Assembly: GCA_004764695.1 (NCBI GenBank)
Contig: SMSO01000037.1
Span: 4,750,747-4,814,746, forward strand
Length of the DNA: 64,000 nucleotides
Direction: 5' to 3'
Source of the DNA: Schizochytrium sp. TIO01
Lineage: Eukaryota; Protista; Bigyra: Labyrinthulomycetes
The position numbers and the translations under genes are program-made. The notes under the pieces are model-generated. The model had not been told where the DNA came from. It made no database searches and saw only the letters and a list, made by a program, of their open reading frames with translations. How positions within the stretch are numbered: position 1 is the stretch's first letter; each line of letters begins with the position of its first letter. Positions 58,740-64,000 of this stretch are shown here, piece after piece.

Positions 58740-59789
58740 ATGGGGGGGCTGGACAGTCTGCTTGTCTGCAACTCCACGGCGGTCGCCTTCCCGGAATACA
58801 ACACCTATACGACGGCTGCGTTTGCACTGACGGGGCTGAGTTTTGGGGTGTGCGCGGGATGGCTCACAGTGCTAATTATGCTGCGGTCAACACCAATTAT
58901 GCAAATCTCGCAGTGGCATCTTCTGCTTGGGTACCTTCTGAGTTTCACAGCAATGAACTGCTCTGCGATTGTGCGTACCGAGAATTCTTATGCTCCCTTT
59001 CACAATGCAAGCTGCATCGTGTGGGAATGGCTTGCTCACGTACCATTGTCATTTGTTCTTGCGATTCTCGCTGTGAAGGAGTTCCGTACGTGGCAACTCC
59101 GACGTAAGACGCGCAAATTGCAAAAGATGGACATGCCTCAGCTGTACATGATCATTTACCTGTGTACAAGTTTCATAATCAGCTCAACGATTCTTGCGGC
59201 GTGGACTGGCACCAAACCACCTTATGTGGACCCGTGCTTAAATTACCAGTGCACAATGCATAGCCCCGCTGGCTTCTGGGCAATTATCTCATTTCAGGCG
59301 CTTCAGCTCATTCTTCTCTTAACCGTTGCATATCAAGACTTTAATCAAGGAACCGTGGGTGGAGAAGGCATTGGTATCATTGTCACTACTATTGCTATGA
59401 TTATCTATTTTGCTATGGTACTGACAGCGACCCTGAGCAATCCGGACAGTCACTCTTCAAGCAATGACCTGAATGAGTCGAATGCCTTGGAGGCTTTCGT
59501 GAATGCATTGACGCTCTTTCTCGCTACAACCGTATCTCTGAGTAGCATTTTTGGACCAAAGTTGCGATATAGGAACAAATCACGTGACGAAATTATCAAG
59601 CTCTTTCTACAAAAGCGTTCAGGCTCCAAGGAATTTGGAAGCCGCCATTTCTCGGGGGAGAACTTAGATAGAAATCAGCATACCACTCGTACTCTTACCC
59701 CACCTAGCAAAGACCATACCACACCATACCCGAGACCTAATGAGTCTCCTGACAGCAGTGTCGATGCAAACGCACTAGCTCAAGTGTAA
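58740..59789 (+). CDS. Class C (GABA-B-like, 7tm_3) GPCR-like protein lacking a Venus-flytrap domain
   Basis: Seven hydrophobic segments; RSTPIMQISQ after TM1, C..WEWL...LAVKEFR in TM3, LAAWT..P after TM4, E in GGEGIGI before TM6, IFGPK in TM7. ATG at 58740. Confidence 0.8.
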   Translation: MGGLDSLLVCNSTAVAFPEYNTYTTAAFALTGLSFGVCAGWLTVLIMLRSTPIMQISQWHLLLGYLLSFTAMNCSAIVRTENSYAPFHNASCIVWEWLAHVPLSFVLAILAVKEFRTWQLRRKTRKLQKMDMPQLYMIIYLCTSFIISSTILAAWTGTKPPYVDPCLNYQCTMHSPAGFWAIISFQALQLILLLTVAYQDFNQGTVGGEGIGIIVTTIAMIIYFAMVLTATLSNPDSHSSSNDLNESNALEAFVNALTLFLATTVSLSSIFGPKLRYRNKSRDEIIKLFLQKRSGSKEFGSRHFSGENLDRNQHTTRTLTPPSKDHTTPYPRPNESPDSSVDANALAQV

Positions 59790-61060
59790 TCTATATCCCA
59801 CAATCTTGGGTTGTGTTTTTAGAGAGGATGGGAAGGCTGCTTGCCATGACGACATGAACCTGCCTCTGTTCTTATATCATTCATTCTATTGTCTTTTTTC
59901 TCTTTCCCCACTTTCTGGAGTGGAAAAGGCACGACGCAGCAGCCCTTAACTCTTGCCGCATATATCCTCGTTCGAATCAAAACAAACTCAAACTACTACT
60001 AGTATACTGCCGAAGTTTTTATCGGTACTGAAAAATTGAATCTAAAATTTCATCTTGTGTGTTATGCTTATATTTTGTAGATAGATCTCGGGGTGAGGTC
60101 GCCTTTCCGGTTTTCCCGATCTGCAAGTGCTCGTAGATTCAGGGCGTTCGTAACAACACCATCAACAGTTGTAAAAAAAAAAAAAAAAAGAGCACCAGCA
60201 AGGTCTATCTATTAAAGAAATCTTATCTTATATTTCTACAGCTGTTATATTAGTAGTGTTTGAAATATTTGTTCGAACATACAAAAGACGCGCTGTGCTT
60301 AAGTTGCGTTATTATACACAGCAAGATATTATACAGAGCAAGAGGACACTGCAGAGTAAGAGATCTTGAAATGTATAAATACTTGCTTCATATTGCATAT
60401 GCCTACACAATTGAACACACCCAGCATCTGAATCTAATCCTCTACTTCGGTACCAGCCCGGCAAAAGACGCGAGACAGGCGTCATCGCTATAGCTCGTCT
60501 TAGTGGTAGTGTTTATTAATCTTTCATTTGTTTGTCCGTAAAGTTCGTTTGCCAGTCGTATTGTGTACGGTCAATAAGAGCTGTTTTGATCCAATTTTCT
60601 TTGCGAAAGCACATCGCCCGGTGTTGCTAAAGTGGCATCGTTACTGTCGACTCCCAAGTGCCTCAAAATTCAGTCACATGCTGTCACTGCCCTACAATAT
60701 TTATTGCTAAACCCTTACTGATGCAATATTTTCATTGTCTTCTGTACAAACACAGTACGTACACAGTGCAATAGGCTTTCAGGAAAGTCGAGGGGGGGAA
60801 ACAGGGCTGCTACACAGTAAGAGTGTATCCATCTACCGGAAAATTCTTGCGCTGGCCGACTCCGTCCACCAAGAAGTACAGGCCTCGCGCATAATCGAAC
60901 TCGTAATGTCTCTAGGTATGTTTTCGACAGCTTTCAGTAGTAACGCAGGACCTTTTAGGCCTTTGGGACTCTAGAAATCCTCCAAAGTCCTACTTGTGCG
61001 ATCCAAAATAGTCAAGCCTATCGCTTTCAATTTCTTCACTCATGATAGTCGCTAACGTAT

Positions 61061-61933
61061 TTAAAGGACCGTCGCCGACGAGTCATCAATAAGCTTGCAC
61101 AACTCTGCAGAGCGATCTGATGCCATCGCAACAAGGCGAGCCATCTGTGCCGCATCTAGTGCTGGTGAACCAAACTTGTGAACTCCACAAATCTCCCGGT
61201 GTGCGTTAACAATAACCGTAAGTTTTCCGTCTTGAGCGAGTTCCTCGCGGTCCGTCGGATCTAGTAGAAAGAAGTTATCCTGATCCCGTGTGACCCCCGC
61301 AGATTCCTCATCAGAAGGTGCTTTGAAAAGCGCAAATGACACGCAAAGCGGCGTATGATGAATCGACAGGGGAACCGGTTCACGATCATCCAGGCTAAAG
61401 ATACGCACAGACTCACCAATGACAGAGACATCAGGGCGACGATAATGGCAGAGGGCTCCAAATGCAGCAAGGCAACCGCAATCCACCACGTTTCCGCCAT
61501 CGTTGAGGATGGTAACATCAACTTGAATACACCATACCTTGCGACCTGCCACGATGCAAAGTCCTTCAAGATCGATGGTTTTGGAATCCAAGAGTGCGTT
61601 TTCTAAAATTGTAGAGACTTCAGCGCTCTCGCGGGGACCGGCACCGCGGCGATTGTTGGCGTCCCAGTCCTCACGACCCATTGCGGAGAGGACGGTGTTG
61701 ACACGGAGAAGTCCTTCGTTAGGTCGATCGGCCATGGGAGCCACAGGACTGGCGCTCACCACAGCCAGTGCTCGCGTGTCGCCAAGTCCGGCCTCACACT
61801 GGGCCTGGCCAGTGCTACGGTTGCGAACGACCCGGAGATCCACGTTGCGTCCCTGTGAGGCCTCCCGACCATCGCCGCGGAGACCACCCAGGCGACGGAT
61901 GAAGTTACGCTCCACATTTGATTGAACGCTCAT
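61061..61933 (-). CDS. RRP45: Exosome complex RNase PH-like subunit RRP45
   Basis: LRGDGR, DRPNEG, IDLEGLCIVAGRKVW, NDGGNVVDC, HYRRPDV, PVPLSIHHTPLCVSF, LDPTDREE. ATG at 61933. Confidence 0.93.
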   Translation of the reverse strand: MSVQSNVERNFIRRLGGLRGDGREASQGRNVDLRVVRNRSTGQAQCEAGLGDTRALAVVSASPVAPMADRPNEGLLRVNTVLSAMGREDWDANNRRGAGPRESAEVSTILENALLDSKTIDLEGLCIVAGRKVWCIQVDVTILNDGGNVVDCGCLAAFGALCHYRRPDVSVIGESVRIFSLDDREPVPLSIHHTPLCVSFALFKAPSDEESAGVTRDQDNFFLLDPTDREELAQDGKLTVIVNAHREICGVHKFGSPALDAAQMARLVAMASDRSAELCKLIDDSSATVL

Positions 61934-62184
61934 GGCGCCAACTTGACACAACGACAGGCAAAGCGACGCACTGCACACCAAAAACCGGCACTAAACGCGG
62001 GATCGAGGCCGAAGAAGCAGATAGCGGTAATAAGAGATCTGCCAGGTTATCGTCGTCTGCTTACTGCTTGCCGCGCTCGAGCTTGGCCTACTCTGGCGCC
62101 AGTTCGACTGGCTGTAAGCTCTACTCCCGGCACAGTTTCCTCTTCTATATACCTTTCCTATTCTCCACTTGCCCTTCTCTATAA

Positions 62185-62234
62185 CCTACAGTGTGATCTT
62201 TATATCCTACAGTGTGATCTTTATATCCTACAGT
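62185..62234. repeat. 21-bp tandem repeat (2.4 copies) in the RRP45/DusA divergent intergenic region
   Basis: cctacagtgtgatctttatat twice, then cctacagt. Confidence 0.92.
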
Positions 62235-62674
62235 ACCTAAGGTACGTCATTTCTTTCCATGCTAAACAATGCTGCTTTTTATTAGCCTTTTGACATTTTA
62301 GTAGGTAGGTAGACCCATGCTCTCGGAAAACCTCAGAATGAGACCGATGCGTTCTGACACGAAACAGCGTATTTTTTCAAACCCTTCAGAAGTTAAAGTC
62401 TTCCATTCTGCTGAGTAGTCCTGCCCAAGCTTCGGATTGAAAATCAATTTGAGAAGCGAGATGGAGGAAGGCGAAGAAGCCCGCACGGCACCGTGGATGT
62501 GGTATAATGAAAAATAAGAAGAAAAAAATTACACTTACTCTTTATAGTGAACAAGGGTGCAAAGAAGGAATAGGGCCCATCATAAAAAGAGTGTAGTTGG
62601 TGGAGCGGAGCGATAAAACCTGGAGCACCAAAACGGGAACGAAGAACTGCGCAAAGCAGATCTTGAGACCGTGG

Positions 62675-63952
62675 ATGCTTGCAAAAGAACTTCGCTCGGC
62701 CGGTCGCAGAGGTTTGACACGAGGATTTCAGGCTTCTAGCGGCGCGATGGATCGTCTGGGCCAGGATGGCGGAGTTCGTCGGTCGCAGCGCAGCTCGCCA
62801 GAGCTATCAGTGGCGCCCATGATGGCGTGGACTACGCGGCACCAACGATACTTCGCGAGACTCCTTGCGCCCACCACCACTCTATGGACTGAAATGGTTG
62901 TGGACCAGACCGTCGTGCACTGCGGAGACCGCCTCTGGCAACACTTTGGGCACCACGATGTCGAGCACCCACTCGTTCTCCAGGTTGGAGGCAATGACGT
63001 TGAAGCAATGCGTCGAAGCGCAGAACTTGCTCAGGATTGGGGTTTCGACGAAATCAATCTCAACGTAGGATGTCCCAGTAAAACCGTTGCCAAGAACGCA
63101 TTTGGAGCCAGCCTTATGCTCAAACCCGACCTTGTTCGTAACATCGTCACCAGCATGCAATCAGTGTCACAAGTTCCTGTGACCGTGAAGTGCCGTCTTG
63201 GCGTTGATGATTGTGATGATTATGCGTTTCTTTACAATTTTGTGGCGTCTATTCCGGAGTGTGATCATTTTATTGTACACGCAAGAAAAGCACTCTTGAA
63301 TGGAATCAATACAAGGCAGAACAGAGCAGTCCCACCTCTCATGTACGACCGTGTCTACCAGCTTTGCGAGGACTTCCCGGACAAAAAATTCACTTTGAAT
63401 GGAGGCCTTTCATCTGTGCAGGACGTCCAAGAGGTCCTGGCGGCACAGCCCAAGCTGCAGGGAGTCATGCTAGGCCGAGCGGCCTACAAAAACCCGTGTT
63501 TGCTGACAAACCTCGAGTACCACGTGCTCGGTGAAACAAGTGTTGCTTCACTCACGCGCCGTGACGTTTTTGACCGCTATGAGAAATACGCCATTGAGAT
63601 GGTGGATAAGGGATTCCGCCACCGCGACATTATTGCTCCCCTTGCAAACCTTCTTGCAGATCAGAAGTATGGAAAGGGATTCCGCAAGGTACTCATGTGC
63701 AGTGAGAAGCCCAAGGGACAACGGACACCCGACATGGAGTCCCTTCTCCAGGAAGCTCGTGAATGCGTCTCTGATGAGATTTTTGACAGGCCTATCGTTG
63801 AAGAACTCACTGAGGCGAGCGTTTTTGCAGAGACCAAAAGCACCACAAGCACTGACTCCAAGCCAGTAGCGGAAGCAGAGAACGCTCTTGATGATTCTCT
63901 TCTTGAAGACTGCCCTTGCGAAGCCGCCCTCGAAGCCAAGGCATCTGCTTAA
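62675..63952 (+). CDS. tRNA-dihydrouridine synthase, DusA-like
   Basis: SVAPMMAWT, WTEMV, LQVGG, EINLNVGCPS, FGASLM, VTVKCRLG, HFIVHARKA, NRAVPPL, NGG, GVMLGRAAY. First ATG at 62675 gives an Arg/Gly-rich extension. Confidence 0.93.
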   Translation: MLAKELRSAGRRGLTRGFQASSGAMDRLGQDGGVRRSQRSSPELSVAPMMAWTTRHQRYFARLLAPTTTLWTEMVVDQTVVHCGDRLWQHFGHHDVEHPLVLQVGGNDVEAMRRSAELAQDWGFDEINLNVGCPSKTVAKNAFGASLMLKPDLVRNIVTSMQSVSQVPVTVKCRLGVDDCDDYAFLYNFVASIPECDHFIVHARKALLNGINTRQNRAVPPLMYDRVYQLCEDFPDKKFTLNGGLSSVQDVQEVLAAQPKLQGVMLGRAAYKNPCLLTNLEYHVLGETSVASLTRRDVFDRYEKYAIEMVDKGFRHRDIIAPLANLLADQKYGKGFRKVLMCSEKPKGQRTPDMESLLQEARECVSDEIFDRPIVEELTEASVFAETKSTTSTDSKPVAEAENALDDSLLEDCPCEAALEAKASA

Positions 63953-64000
63953 ACATTTTTTGTCAACCTCAAAACACGCCATCGTTTTTAATTCGCAGGA

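Noticed and set aside
60173-60189. Poly(A) tract as a retroposon tail
   Set aside because: No target-site duplication or upstream element body recognised; similar A/T runs occur in other intergenic regions.

Overview
Gene-dense, intron-poor eukaryotic nuclear DNA. A flagellated stramenopile such as a thraustochytrid is my inference from the mostly single-exon genes, ciliary genes, PH-MAPK and (GAAA)n tract; the taxon cannot be proven from this window. There are about 20 protein-coding genes. A >2300-aa CFAP47-like gene runs off the left edge and is missing from the ORF track. The others are a CAF16-like ABC ATPase, METTL6/METTL2-like methyltransferase, RLY/CTFxP-repeat protein, mitochondrial-type KAS, UNC119, LRR + adenosine-deaminase (editase) fusion, small 3-exon protein, divergent ammonium transporter, 1790-aa orphan, NHL protein, PH-MAPK, RPLP1, Avt3/4-like transporter, UTP11, myristoylated calflagin-like EF-hand protein, class C GPCR-like 7TM, RRP45 and DusA-like enzyme. 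There is also a heavily decayed Ty1/copia relic and several simple or tandem repeats. No rRNA, tRNA or CRISPR was seen. The strongest novelty candidate is the gene at 20688-23110 (-). It fuses RNI-like leucine-rich repeats to an ADAR/ADAT1-type Zn deaminase with intact catalytic motifs, and the final part of that deaminase domain lies in a different reading frame. All family assignments are by-eye motif recognition; no searches were run.
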